Positions 17,708-27,463 of a stretch of 35,569 bases of DNA are shown piece by piece. The notes under the pieces were generated by a model. The model had not been told where the DNA came from, ran no database searches, and saw only the letters and a list, made by a program, of their open reading frames with translations. Location: NCBI GenBank assembly GCA_046583315.1, contig JAYGCN010000056.1, positions 1-35,569 of the forward strand, written 5' to 3'. The DNA is from Candidatus Hydrogenedentota bacterium. Lineage in GTDB: Bacteria; Hydrogenedentota; Hydrogenedentia; Hydrogenedentales; GCA-2746185. Made by a program: the position numbers and the translations under genes. Position 1 is the stretch's first letter; each line of letters opens with the position of its first letter.

Positions 17708-20392
17708 ATGAACATGAACATGAACCGCCTGCTTCAATTCGGCATTCCCCCTGAAGTCATTGAAATCTGGAAAAAATCCGAGAGCGACTCCTTACTCCCC
17801 GTCCAAGCTATGGCTGTAAACCAGTATGCCCTGTTCGAAGGTGAGAATCTGTTGATTCAGGCTCCGACCAGCTCGGGAAAAACCTTTATCGGAGAGATGG
17901 CCGCGATTCATACTGCGCTGCGAATGAAGAAAGTCGTCTACCTCGTTCCCCTGAAAGCCCTGGCTGAAGAGAAGTATCTCAATTTCAAAAACAAGTATGA
18001 AAGCTACGGACTGAAGGTAATCATATCGACTCGTGACCACAGGCACTTCGATGCTGATTTGGAAGAAGGGAATTTTTCGATCGCCTTTGTCGTTTACGAA
18101 AAACTCAGCCAATTGCTCATTCGCCGACCGGAGCGCATCGCAGAATTGAAATTGGTAGTGGTCGACGAATTGGAATTATTGTCCGACCCGGAACGCGGCG
18201 CGGGGGTAGAGTTACTGCTCACACGACTGGTGCACTCCGATTGCCGGCTCATTGGACTGTCCGCCGTGATAGGCTACGCAGAACGACTGGCAACCTGGAT
18301 GAACGCCAAACTACTGCGTTACGAAAGACGGCCCGTGGAGCTGCGCTTTGGCGTGCTCCATGAAGGCTCTTTTCGCTACCGCACCTACAACGACTTCACC
18401 GAATCGGAAGAGCGATTCGATGACGCGGATTTGGGCGAAGATTCGATGTGGGGAATGCTCTCCTCGGCTGTAACAACGCTGGCATCCCGCGGGGAAAGCT
18501 GCCTCATTTTTGTCAAAGCCAAACACGAGGCGCGTCACGGGGCAACTATGCTGGCCAATGTCGTCTCGGAACAGTCCGATCAAGCATCGATCGAATCCCT
18601 GAAAAAGCTCGAAGCAACCTCCGCCCAGGAAATCCTGATGGAGACCCTCGGCAATGGAGTCGCCTTTCACAGTGCCGATTTGATGCCCGAAGAGCGCCGC
18701 ATCGTGGAGCAAGGTTTCCGCGATCGCCGATTCAAGATTCTGGTATCCACCAGTACACTCGCCGTCGGCCTCAATATGCCCTCGTGCAACGTATTTATTG
18801 CAACAGACAAATGGTGTTACGAGAAAAATTTCGGGATGCCCTGGAAGGCTCCGATACTGCGGTCGGAGTACGAAAACATGGGGGGGCGGGCCGGACGCCT
18901 GGGCACAGGGCTGCCCTTCGGTCGCTCCATTATCCTGGCCCCCTCAGCTTACGATGCCGAGTCCTTGTGGCGCCGCTATGTGGAAGGCGAACGAGAAGCC
19001 ATCCAGCCTCGTTTATGTACCGAATCATTGCAAGACGCGATACTGTCCCTTGTATCTTCCTCCGAATGTCAGACGGACGAGGAGCTCCGAGCATTTTTCG
19101 ATCAGACCATCTCGGGCCAGTGGGTCTGGCAGGAACAATACACCGAAGAAGAAATCGAACAACAAATGCGAACCGCATTGTGTCAGAGCATTGATGCGGG
19201 CATGCTCACGCGCGATGAAGAGTCCAACAGTCTACGCGCCACGCCCATGGGCATTGCCGTCGCCTCCAAAGGCATCGCACTATCCACCGCACGGGCCATC
19301 GAAACGTGGATCATGAATTCACAGTACCGGGAATGGGACGACCTCGATGCGTTGGTTGCCTTCGCATTAACGGAAGACGGACGCACCTACGGTGTCTCCC
19401 TATACAGCTGGGAATTTGATCAACAGATCTATCTCAACGAAATCCGTGAACATATAAGCGACTATGCCCACCTGAACGATGTGCCGCTCAGCCAAATCTG
19501 CAATGATGTCAGTCATATCTATTTCGAGGATGTTCGGGGCCTTAAAGTCGCGCTCATGATGCAGGCATGGATCGAAGGCGAGTCCATGCTCCATATCGAA
19601 GAACGTTATCACACGATGGCGGGACAGATTCTGACGGCGGTGAGACAGTTGGCCTGGCTAATCGACGCAGCAGCGGCCATTGCAACAGCCGTCGGTGCCA
19701 CGCACGACTGTCTCAACCGCCTCAATCAACTCGCATTTCGTGTCGTCAACGGGGTCAGCAGAGATGCATTCCCTCTGGCATCCATCGTGGGTCCAGATAC
19801 CTCCCGTCAAGCACTGACGGAACTGGTCGCACAAGGTCTTCACACACCCCAGGCGCTCGTCGATGTCTCGGCGGGCGTCCTGGAGGCGTGGATGTCCAAA
19901 GAAGAAGCCAAGGCCTTGCGGACAAGCGCATTTCGCGTCGTTGGGAAACAACAAAATTCCGATGCAACCGAAAATCCAGGATTGGAGAGAAAAATGAATC
20001 GTGATAGATTGGTATTGACCGTAGACCCCGCTCGTCCCGATCAAATCCGATTGGCAGGCAAACGGGTTCCCCTGCAAGACAAACAATTTCGCTTGATAAG
20101 CCTGCTCGCGGAAAACGTCGGCTCCTGCGTTTCCTATGACCAGATCTACGACGATCTCTGGGGGGCCATCATCGTTGAACAGAATCAGATTCATTTCCAG
20201 AAACGAAAACTCAAGAAAGCCATCACCGAATGCGCGCCCGAATTCGAATCCATCATTACCACTGTACCAAAACGAGGTTTTCTCCTGGATCTGGCACCCG
20301 ATCAGGTCGAGGTTATTGGGAGTACAGGCACCGATCGGCAAATGGTGCTGGATGAGCAAGAAAATACACAGGAACTGGTCAACTCGATTTGA
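17708..20392 (+). CDS. Ski2/Hel308-like SF2 helicase with C-terminal OmpR/PhoB-type winged-helix domain
   Basis: Q motif LLPVQ, APTSSGKT, PLKALAEEK, VVDELE, LSA, RPVEL, STSTLAVGLNMP, NMGGRAGR; Hel308-like middle region (ATPMG). C-terminus PLQDKQFRLISLLAENVGSCVSYDQIYDDLWG...KLKKAI...ITTVPKRGFLL. Confidence 0.9.
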   Translation: MNMNMNRLLQFGIPPEVIEIWKKSESDSLLPVQAMAVNQYALFEGENLLIQAPTSSGKTFIGEMAAIHTALRMKKVVYLVPLKALAEEKYLNFKNKYESYGLKVIISTRDHRHFDADLEEGNFSIAFVVYEKLSQLLIRRPERIAELKLVVVDELELLSDPERGAGVELLLTRLVHSDCRLIGLSAVIGYAERLATWMNAKLLRYERRPVELRFGVLHEGSFRYRTYNDFTESEERFDDADLGEDSMWGMLSSAVTTLASRGESCLIFVKAKHEARHGATMLANVVSEQSDQASIESLKKLEATSAQEILMETLGNGVAFHSADLMPEERRIVEQGFRDRRFKILVSTSTLAVGLNMPSCNVFIATDKWCYEKNFGMPWKAPILRSEYENMGGRAGRLGTGLPFGRSIILAPSAYDAESLWRRYVEGEREAIQPRLCTESLQDAILSLVSSSECQTDEELRAFFDQTISGQWVWQEQYTEEEIEQQMRTALCQSIDAGMLTRDEESNSLRATPMGIAVASKGIALSTARAIETWIMNSQYREWDDLDALVAFALTEDGRTYGVSLYSWEFDQQIYLNEIREHISDYAHLNDVPLSQICNDVSHIYFEDVRGLKVALMMQAWIEGESMLHIEERYHTMAGQILTAVRQLAWLIDAAAAIATAVGATHDCLNRLNQLAFRVVNGVSRDAFPLASIVGPDTSRQALTELVAQGLHTPQALVDVSAGVLEAWMSKEEAKALRTSAFRVVGKQQNSDATENPGLERKMNRDRLVLTVDPARPDQIRLAGKRVPLQDKQFRLISLLAENVGSCVSYDQIYDDLWGAIIVEQNQIHFQKRKLKKAITECAPEFESIITTVPKRGFLLDLAPDQVEVIGSTGTDRQMVLDEQENTQELVNSI

Positions 20393-20834
20393 TGTGATCG
20401 ATAACCCGCTTCTTCAGGCTCTCCACCCGCTCAAGCGTTTCATAAATCTCATGACCGCGAACCGAATCCCCCGTACCGCGCGCCTCCTTAAGCGCCTTCG
20501 CCAGCGCATCCGTCATTGAGACCAGTTGCTCAACAATGGTAGTACCTAAATCATGCGTACTCGGAACCCGTGACTCCAATATCACACACGGATTCGTTGG
20601 CAACCCCGCCTCGCCCAGCGCGTGAAAAGTCTCATCATCCTCAGCCAGCGCAAAGGGATCGGTCACCTTCATCAAATCATGACTCTCCAGGAAATCACTA
20701 TACTCCTCAAGCGATATCGAAATCGCATCACTCTTGCTCGTCACATGCTGATGAACCGTGCTGATGCGGACGAGCGGATTCGATGATTGACTCAAATAGG
20801 CCAGCGTGTCCTGTTCAATTTGTTCGAGATTCAT
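20379..20834 (-). CDS. Hypothetical protein (151 aa)
   Basis: Start overlaps the upstream stop by 4 bp; plausible helical protein; overlaps the helicase 3' end by 14 bp. Confidence 0.7.
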   Translation of the reverse strand: MNLEQIEQDTLAYLSQSSNPLVRISTVHQHVTSKSDAISISLEEYSDFLESHDLMKVTDPFALAEDDETFHALGEAGLPTNPCVILESRVPSTHDLGTTIVEQLVSMTDALAKALKEARGTGDSVRGHEIYETLERVESLKKRVIDHIKSS

Positions 20835-21895
20835 TTAGGGCTTCCAATTTCGGCGAACGCCGATAATAGTTCAAAAATTTCATCGGCCGCGATCATAATG
20901 CCTGACTCATTCCAATGTCCATTGTTTCTGTAATAAAGCGTCGAAGGGTCGGAATGTTTGCCATAGATTTCACGCAGATCGATATACGGAATATCGCTCA
21001 CGCTCAGTACAAAAAGGATTCGACTGTATTCATGAGCTTCTCTCGTGAGTGAGTCGACTGCGGAGTCTCGAGACGGAATCAGCAAGACGACAAAATCTAT
21101 GTGTGCTTCAGACGCGAATTCGCTGGCGCGTACAATCTCCACAGTCATACGAGGAACGATACCCAGCGGAATTCCATTCTTTCCATCCGAGCGACTGGTG
21201 AATCGTAATGATATCAACCGATACAAGGCCCGGTATCCCGGCACCCACGCATCCGCCAACCGTCCGCCGTCGGTCGTTGCCAGCGGTGTCCCGCACCACG
21301 TTCCTGAATGAAACGTGAACCAATCCGGATCCGTCTCCTCCCAGTTCTTGTAGTCGCCCGTCTCCTGAAAATCATTCTCATAGATACTGTAGACAATCAG
21401 GTCTGGCTTCAACGGAACAGCGTAGGTCTCCACGATATCCGTGAACTGCGCCGGAGACTGTCGGTGCATAGCGAGGTTGCGATAGATGAGACCCTGCTCC
21501 CCAAAATACTCCGTTAAGACATGAGCGCCATGTTCCAAAAACGAATCGCCCACGCCCACGATATGTGGTCGATGCCCGGCTTCAATATTCGCGATGGCCT
21601 CCGGAGAATTGATGAACCCGTCCGAATCAGTCGAGAGTGGGTAAACAATCTGATCCTGATCAGGGAAAGTGATGTTCTCGCTTGCCGATATCTTCGGCTT
21701 CCAGTTGAAGCCAATCTGATCATCCAAAATCAAATACTGCTGAATTTCCTCAATTAGCGGAGCCGCTTCACGTGCCGGCTCCACATATCGCTGCCGAAAT
21801 AGAAACTCGGCGCCAACCAATACCACGGCACCGAAGATGGCAACATTGCGAATAATTTTGCGAAAAGGAATGTCCATAGTGTTGATTGGTTTCAT
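20831..21895 (-). CDS. Membrane-anchored SGNH/GDSL-like protein (AlgJ/AlgX-like)
   Basis: N-terminal TM, GVGDSF, YENDF, YIDLR, LYYRNNGHWNESG. Start may be ATG 21877. Confidence 0.75.
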   Translation of the reverse strand: MKPINTMDIPFRKIIRNVAIFGAVVLVGAEFLFRQRYVEPAREAAPLIEEIQQYLILDDQIGFNWKPKISASENITFPDQDQIVYPLSTDSDGFINSPEAIANIEAGHRPHIVGVGDSFLEHGAHVLTEYFGEQGLIYRNLAMHRQSPAQFTDIVETYAVPLKPDLIVYSIYENDFQETGDYKNWEETDPDWFTFHSGTWCGTPLATTDGGRLADAWVPGYRALYRLISLRFTSRSDGKNGIPLGIVPRMTVEIVRASEFASEAHIDFVVLLIPSRDSAVDSLTREAHEYSRILFVLSVSDIPYIDLREIYGKHSDPSTLYYRNNGHWNESGIMIAADEIFELLSAFAEIGSPK

Positions 21896-21919
21896 GCCGA
21901 CTGTTAAGGTAGGGCCATT

Positions 21920-22318
21920 ATGAACGATTCGAAAAAATTTATAAAGTTGGCTGGCGTCAACGAGTTCGATTCAACGCCGATGAAGTCCTATTCCGTCCTC
22001 GCGAAACCCATCGCCATCATCAAAGACCCCGACGGAACGTTCTGGGCTACCGAAATCGCCTGCAAGCACAACAACTTCGACCTCACGAACGGGCGCTTTC
22101 ATGGAGACGAAGTGCGTTGCCCCCGACACGGCTGGACCTACAACATTCGTACCGGAGAGTGCCTCAATCAAAAATCTGCACCCCTGCGGCGACACGCGTT
22201 GGAAGTCCGGGGCGAAGATTTGTACGTGTCCATGTTTCCAGACGAACCCGAAGCAATCTACGAGGACGAAGACTGGAATATCGAAGTCAAAATCAATCGT
22301 CCGACACCAGAAGAATAG
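21920..22318 (+). CDS. Rieske [2Fe-2S] ferredoxin with acidic tail
   Basis: CKH...CPRHGWTYNIRTG ligand motifs. Confidence 0.9.
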   Translation: MNDSKKFIKLAGVNEFDSTPMKSYSVLAKPIAIIKDPDGTFWATEIACKHNNFDLTNGRFHGDEVRCPRHGWTYNIRTGECLNQKSAPLRRHALEVRGEDLYVSMFPDEPEAIYEDEDWNIEVKINRPTPEE

Positions 22319-22355
22319 AAAAATCCCCTGTAGACCACACGATCTACAGGGGATT
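22319..22355 (-). terminator. Intrinsic terminator between convergent Rieske and DUF1080 genes
   Basis: 13-bp stem AATCCCCTGTAGA/TCTACAGGGGATT; A-run on the left gives a U-tract on the minus strand. Confidence 0.75.
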
Positions 22356-22375
22356 CATCGAAAATTTGGTTAACC

Positions 22376-23479
22376 CTAGTTTTCCTGAATGTAGATATTC
22401 TTAAAGGTCAGGTCCGTCGTGGGATCATGCCCCTGCAAGTGAATCGTACCAGCGGCACCAACATACCCTTCTTTCGCGTTGAAGCTGCGATCAACCGGAC
22501 GGTTGTCCGTGAAATCGCTCGTCTGATAACCATTGATCCAGATAGAGAAATGATTTCCATCAGCAACAACCGTTTTCTTGAACCATTCTTTATCACTCGG
22601 AACAACCTTGCGCGTCGACTGGTTACCATAATTACCGCCCGTACCGTAGTCAACCGGATTCGTTCGGTCATCTTTCGACCAGTGGTTGCGGACCTGCGAT
22701 TCGTAGCCCTTCCAGAACACGCCAACCGGGCCACGGAAGAATACGCCACTGTTCAAGTGCGTTCCATTGGAGAAAATGTCCAGCTGCAACACAAAGTCTT
22801 TATACACGCCCGCAGTCTCAATCTGGCCATTACCATCCTGAATGCGAATGCCGCCATCATCAACGCTGAACTTGGACGCATGATCCGGAAGAATATTCCA
22901 GCCGTCAAGGTTCTTGCCGTTGAAGATAGACTTCAGACCCAGCGGGCGCAACTTCACTTCGGAAATCTCAACCTTCGTGTCGCCATTGTGGTGGAACATG
23001 ATGCCGATATGACCACGTTCATTGGTACCGATGACAACCTTACGAGCAGAATCACTTCCGTCAAGCATCGCCTTCACATCCCCACCATTCGCAACAACAT
23101 GAATGTCCTGCCAATCCGTTTTCTCATTCTTGCGGCTACTCATCCAAATTACCGAAGAGCCATTCTCAAGTGGGTGGCCGGTAAGCGGCGCACGGAACAC
23201 AAGACCAGCCGATCCGCCTGCACTGACTTTGATTTTCGCGGTCAGTTCAAAATTGCTGAACTGGCTCGTCGTGGCAAGAAGTCCGCCTGTTCCTGCGCTC
23301 GATGTCAGCACACCACCCTTTACTTCCCAGATCACATCGCCCAGATTGTGCCAGCCATACGTGGTCTCCTGGTCATAGAGGTTGATCCAGTCGCCCTCAT
23401 CTTTCATTTGCGCGCCGGCCAAACTACCAATAAACATACATGCCGCGAGCGAAGCCGCGAACAGGGTTTGCATCCTCAT
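22376..23479 (-). CDS. Secreted tandem DUF1080 (3-keto-disaccharide hydrolase-like) protein
   Basis: Signal peptide; two repeats; second has IFNGKNLDGW, NSGVFFR, GYESQ, GTIHLQGHD, FKNIYI. Confidence 0.85.
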   Translation of the reverse strand: MRMQTLFAASLAACMFIGSLAGAQMKDEGDWINLYDQETTYGWHNLGDVIWEVKGGVLTSSAGTGGLLATTSQFSNFELTAKIKVSAGGSAGLVFRAPLTGHPLENGSSVIWMSSRKNEKTDWQDIHVVANGGDVKAMLDGSDSARKVVIGTNERGHIGIMFHHNGDTKVEISEVKLRPLGLKSIFNGKNLDGWNILPDHASKFSVDDGGIRIQDGNGQIETAGVYKDFVLQLDIFSNGTHLNSGVFFRGPVGVFWKGYESQVRNHWSKDDRTNPVDYGTGGNYGNQSTRKVVPSDKEWFKKTVVADGNHFSIWINGYQTSDFTDNRPVDRSFNAKEGYVGAAGTIHLQGHDPTTDLTFKNIYIQEN

Positions 23480-23583
23480 GAGTTGCTCCTTTACAGTTGA
23501 AGAGTGCTACATCACATACGAATCTACGAGTATAGCGAAATTAGCGGGGCTGATCTATGATTAAGTACTTGAATAATCTACGG

Positions 23584-24474
23584 ATGACAAAATTGCCGAT
23601 ACTGCTACTGCTCACGCTGATATCCGCCCAGGTGATAGCTCAGGAATCCACACTCGAAACGCGCATCCAGTTACTAAATCGCGACTCACGCGCACGGGTC
23701 ATCGAATCCCTCCCCCTCGATTTCGACACCCACCACACCCAAGGCATGACACGAGTGGGGGACTCCTTCTTCCTGACCGCCGTGCAAGTTATTGATAGGG
23801 CAAAGGGCATGGGAAAAGGTTTTCTCTTTAAGTTCGACCTTCAAGGAAAACTCGAACAAGAGATTCAACTTGGCGAAGGCCCGATGTTTCACCCCGGAGG
23901 CATCGACTACGACGGAAAACACATCTGGGTAAGCGTCGCGGAATACCGTGCGAACAGCCACTCCATCATCTACCGCGTCAACCCCAAGTCACTCACGGCA
24001 GAAGAAATATTTCGATTCGACGACCATCTCGGCGGCATCGTCTCCACGCGAACCGCCCTCATCGGAATGAGCTGGGGTTCACGAAAACTATATCGATGGA
24101 AAATCGCGCACGACGGGAGCGTGAAAAATGTCGCTACCCCCGAAATGCACCTCAATTCAAGTCACTTCATCGACTACCAGGACGGGCAATGGATACCCGA
24201 AACCAACTACCTCGTATTCGGCGGGCTCGCCTCTTTCAAACTCGATCCCAAGCGCGATGGTTCTGCGGCAGTGGGGGGGATCGCACTGGTGGATGCCACG
24301 ACATTGATGCCCCTATTCGAACTGCCCCTACCCATTTACTCCGAGCGCGGACGAATCATGAACCAGAATCCATTCTACGTGGAGCTATCCGAAAAAGGCA
24401 TCCAGATACGCTTCATTCCCGACGACACCAAATCAAAAATGTATACCGTCGAATTCCCGTTACGCCGGAAATGA
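23584..24474 (+). CDS. Secreted beta-propeller-like protein (resembles DUF6454)
   Basis: Signal peptide from ATG 23584 (ORF opens at 23557); HHTQGM, FHPGGIDYDG, VAEYR, DHLGG, WGSR, IDYQD, QNP. Family name from recall only. Confidence 0.65.
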   Translation: MTKLPILLLLTLISAQVIAQESTLETRIQLLNRDSRARVIESLPLDFDTHHTQGMTRVGDSFFLTAVQVIDRAKGMGKGFLFKFDLQGKLEQEIQLGEGPMFHPGGIDYDGKHIWVSVAEYRANSHSIIYRVNPKSLTAEEIFRFDDHLGGIVSTRTALIGMSWGSRKLYRWKIAHDGSVKNVATPEMHLNSSHFIDYQDGQWIPETNYLVFGGLASFKLDPKRDGSAAVGGIALVDATTLMPLFELPLPIYSERGRIMNQNPFYVELSEKGIQIRFIPDDTKSKMYTVEFPLRRK

Positions 24475-24993
24475 ATCGTATGCCTTGACCCGTTGCACCT
24501 GCTTCACATGAATGTCGAGATGCAAAATATTGAACGCGGCCGTCTGTCGACAATTTATGGGCCCGAAAAAAGGATGCTTGAAAGTCGCCTCAAGATGGGA
24601 ATCAACCTCGAGGCTTTCCATCGCTGCCAGAACAATTCCAAACGCCGCTTCCACCGATTTCCCGATGCTCGCCTGGTTACCCGGATCGCTAATCATCTGG
24701 CCCAGTTTCACATCATTCGCTAACGCCGTTCCGCCCGCAAGAATCGGAATCACAGATCCGCCCGCGGCGATGCTATGCGCCACATGAAGCGACACTTCGC
24801 GAATCGACCACTCTGTGTCCGATGGTTTGTAGTCGAATTGTTCCGCAGATAGCTCGGAAGTTTCAGCTACATACGCCTCCGCACGCTCGGAAAACATCGT
24901 CTTCAACTCATCGACCGACTTGTCCTTGTGACTGTCAATCCACAGGAAAGCCATCTTCAGACGTTCAGCGCGTTTCTCGTCTACATCGCCCAC
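24460..24993 (-). CDS. DinB family protein
   Basis: WSIREVSLHV, HPFFGP, HLDIH metal triad; GTG 24993 has AGGAG 7 nt upstream. Confidence 0.8.
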   Translation of the reverse strand: MGDVDEKRAERLKMAFLWIDSHKDKSVDELKTMFSERAEAYVAETSELSAEQFDYKPSDTEWSIREVSLHVAHSIAAGGSVIPILAGGTALANDVKLGQMISDPGNQASIGKSVEAAFGIVLAAMESLEVDSHLEATFKHPFFGPINCRQTAAFNILHLDIHVKQVQRVKAYDSFPA

Positions 24994-25050
24994 CGGAAAT
25001 CTCCTTCTCATTGAATACAAATACGCTACCACGGGTGACTGGGGTGATCC

Positions 25051-25087
25051 AAAAAGAAAAGGCCGCGCGACAATATGCCGCGCGGCC
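25051..25087 (-). terminator. Intrinsic terminator after rpsT
   Basis: 9-bp GC stem GGCCGCGCG/CGCGCGGCC followed by TTTTCTTTTT on the minus strand. Confidence 0.85.
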
Positions 25088-25112
25088 CGAATTGATCAGT
25101 TGAGTGTGCTAC

Positions 25113-25382
25113 CTAGCCCTTCAAAGTCTGAGCAGCCGAATGCTCTAAATGCGATTTCTTGCGAGCACCACTGTTTTGGTGAATAACGCCCTTTTTCACA
25201 GCAAGGTCAACTTCACGAATCGCACTCGCCATAGTCGCTTGAATGGCATCGGAATCCTTACTGGCAACCGCCGCATCCGCATTTTTCAAGAAAGTTTTGA
25301 GGCGTGAACGGACCTGCACATTGCGTTGACGTGCAAGTTCATTGGTGAGAATGCGTTTCTTCTGAGATTTGATGTTTGCCAT
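25113..25382 (-). CDS. rpsT: 30S ribosomal protein S20
   Basis: MANIKSQKKRILTNE...RN...RSRLKT...KGVIHQNSGARKKSHL. Confidence 0.97.
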   Translation of the reverse strand: MANIKSQKKRILTNELARQRNVQVRSRLKTFLKNADAAVASKDSDAIQATMASAIREVDLAVKKGVIHQNSGARKKSHLEHSAAQTLKG

Positions 25383-25456
25383 GATGTTCCTTTTAATCGT
25401 TTCGGAAAGTGATATTTCAACACACTTCGGGTGTCAAATGTCTTCAAAGAGCGCAA

Positions 25457-25485
25457 AATATAGCATAAATCGGTCCTTCAGTCAA
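25457..25485 (-). promoter_or_regulatory. Putative rpsT sigma70 promoter TTGACT-N17-TATATT with extended -10
   Basis: Minus strand reads TTGACT gaaggaccgatttatgc TATATT. Confidence 0.7.
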
Positions 25486-25641
25486 TTTTTCGCCAACTTT
25501 TTGCGCGAAAGCAGTATATACTGTGGTAGAGCTTCGGCGACCACTGTGCACATGAATTGCAATAATTCACCTGAGAGGGTATGGTGGAGCCGGATTTAAG
25601 GGGTGTTTTACCCCAAATTAAGGGGAGATCGTAGAGAAACT

Positions 25642-26589
25642 ATGTTCGTTTTATCATGCGTTTTGGTCGCACAGGCCACAATCGGACAACTGGAGCCATT
25701 GGAACCAGTCGAAGCACTCGAACCATTGAATCTGGCGCCGATTGAACAACCAGAAGCCCCACGCTCCTCATTGCTTCGTGTTCGGCCAAATTTTGAACCA
25801 GGAACCAGACTGTTTATCGACGCGACCTCACTCGCCCTACGTTCCGGTCCCAAGAAAGATGCAGGACTGATTCACTACATTACAAAAGATGAAATGGTCG
25901 TCGCACTTGAAGACGTAATCGATCCCGTACCTTTGCAGATCGGTAACAAGAAGGGACAATGGATCTACGTGCAACACGGGCAACACAAAGGTTACGTTTT
26001 CGATGCCTATCTGGCCGAGGCGCCGCCGTCTCTTGCCGAAAACATGGACTGGATCTGTGTACCCGGTGTTCGAGTCGGCCCCATTGCCATCACGACCACT
26101 CTAGAAGACTTGACCAATCAGCTGGGCGCGGTCAATCTCTCCGTCGCCCGAATTCCCTTAGGCGAAGGCAAATTCGAACAAGGCACCGCCGTTTTTCCCG
26201 GCGACAAGAATAAAGAACTGATCATTCAATGGGCCATACCCGACGTAAAACCCAAAGCCGTCATCATAAACGGCACGCAGTGGAAAACAAAGTCCGGTGT
26301 CGGCATCGGCGTGCGGTTATCAAAGCTGGAAGAGTTGAACAACGCCCCGATTTCCTTTGCAGGCTTCGACTGGGATTACGCCGGATACATCACGAGCTGG
26401 CGCGGTGGCACTTTCGAGGAGAGCCTCACCCTGCGAGAGAAGTTCGTGGGATACCTTGCGCCGGAACTGCCCTACTTACCCGAAGACTACAACGCGCTGC
26501 TCGGCGACACCGAATACTCATCCGATCTTCCTCAAGCAGCGCGCGTCAATCTAAAAGTAAGCAGCATGACGGTGCTAATAGGCGAGTGA
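25642..26589 (+). CDS. Exported protein with bacterial SH3-like domain
   Basis: SLALRSGP...WIYVQHGQHKGYVFDAYL; C-terminal domain with KSGVGIG and FAGFDWDYAG. Start ATG 25642 uncertain (ORF opens at 25603). Confidence 0.75.
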   Translation: MFVLSCVLVAQATIGQLEPLEPVEALEPLNLAPIEQPEAPRSSLLRVRPNFEPGTRLFIDATSLALRSGPKKDAGLIHYITKDEMVVALEDVIDPVPLQIGNKKGQWIYVQHGQHKGYVFDAYLAEAPPSLAENMDWICVPGVRVGPIAITTTLEDLTNQLGAVNLSVARIPLGEGKFEQGTAVFPGDKNKELIIQWAIPDVKPKAVIINGTQWKTKSGVGIGVRLSKLEELNNAPISFAGFDWDYAGYITSWRGGTFEESLTLREKFVGYLAPELPYLPEDYNALLGDTEYSSDLPQAARVNLKVSSMTVLIGE

Positions 26590-26715
26590 GGAAGCGACTG
26601 CATAATAAATAGCCCCTTGAAAGATATTAGTTGATGCGTGCGATTCAAGAAGCGATTCGAGTACGCGATGACGCTTAGATGAAATTAACGTCAGAACGAT
26701 GGAGAATGACAAACT

Positions 26716-27459
26716 ATGAAAAAATCAATTCTACTGGCATGCGTGCTTTCTGCCATGACCATTCCAAGTCAGGCGGATACAATTGTCGTCGATGGAAAAA
26801 CCTACACGGACGTACTGGTTTACGAGAGCAGCCGGTACTACTTCGTAAAACTCCCCCGCGAGGGCCGATCGATCAGCGTCGCGAAGGGCAAAGTGGATGC
26901 CGCTACGATACAACTGAACGATGACCCCTTCTACCGCGACGATCTGCGCGAGCTTTACGACGACGTCAAACTACGTGGCGAAGATGCACTGGGCGACCGT
27001 GCCGTCAACGACTCCGCATTTCAGGTGGAAGAGGGGATCGACCGTGTAATCGATACCGGCGCGCTACTAAGCGGTGCCGCCGGGGGTGGTGGTAAGCCGA
27101 TGAATCTCACAGTCGACGATGCCAAAGCAGCACTAGCTGCGCTTCAAATTACCTTCACCAAATCTGGAAACGCATGGACGGGAAAATCCGCAGACGGAAT
27201 CGTTACAGTATCGTTGGCAACCAGTGGTAATGCGGTTACCGTCTTATCAGGGAACGTAAATGATCCGACCGCCGTACAGACCAAAGCCCCCGGCATTATT
27301 CAAATGCTGCAAAAAGTGGCACCGTGGGCCGGCCCCTGGGTGTTCTCAAATATACAAGTCTTGCAAACTGGTGGAACCTTACACAAAGCTCAGGACGGCG
27401 TCGACATTATGATTCAGACTTCTGAGGCAGGTATGAGCTTCACGGTAAAGGGCGTATAA
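26716..27459 (+). CDS. Secreted hypothetical protein
   Basis: Signal peptide MKKSILLACVLSAMTIPSQA; GGAG upstream; two domains joined by a GAAGGGG linker. Confidence 0.75.
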   Translation: MKKSILLACVLSAMTIPSQADTIVVDGKTYTDVLVYESSRYYFVKLPREGRSISVAKGKVDAATIQLNDDPFYRDDLRELYDDVKLRGEDALGDRAVNDSAFQVEEGIDRVIDTGALLSGAAGGGGKPMNLTVDDAKAALAALQITFTKSGNAWTGKSADGIVTVSLATSGNAVTVLSGNVNDPTAVQTKAPGIIQMLQKVAPWAGPWVFSNIQVLQTGGTLHKAQDGVDIMIQTSEAGMSFTVKGV

Positions 27460-27463
27460 ATTC

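Noticed and set aside
17708..20834. Helicase plus neighbour as a known Hachiman-type defence pair
   Set aside because: The neighbour is convergent, shows no nuclease motif and is coupled to the SGNH gene; no defence-island context.
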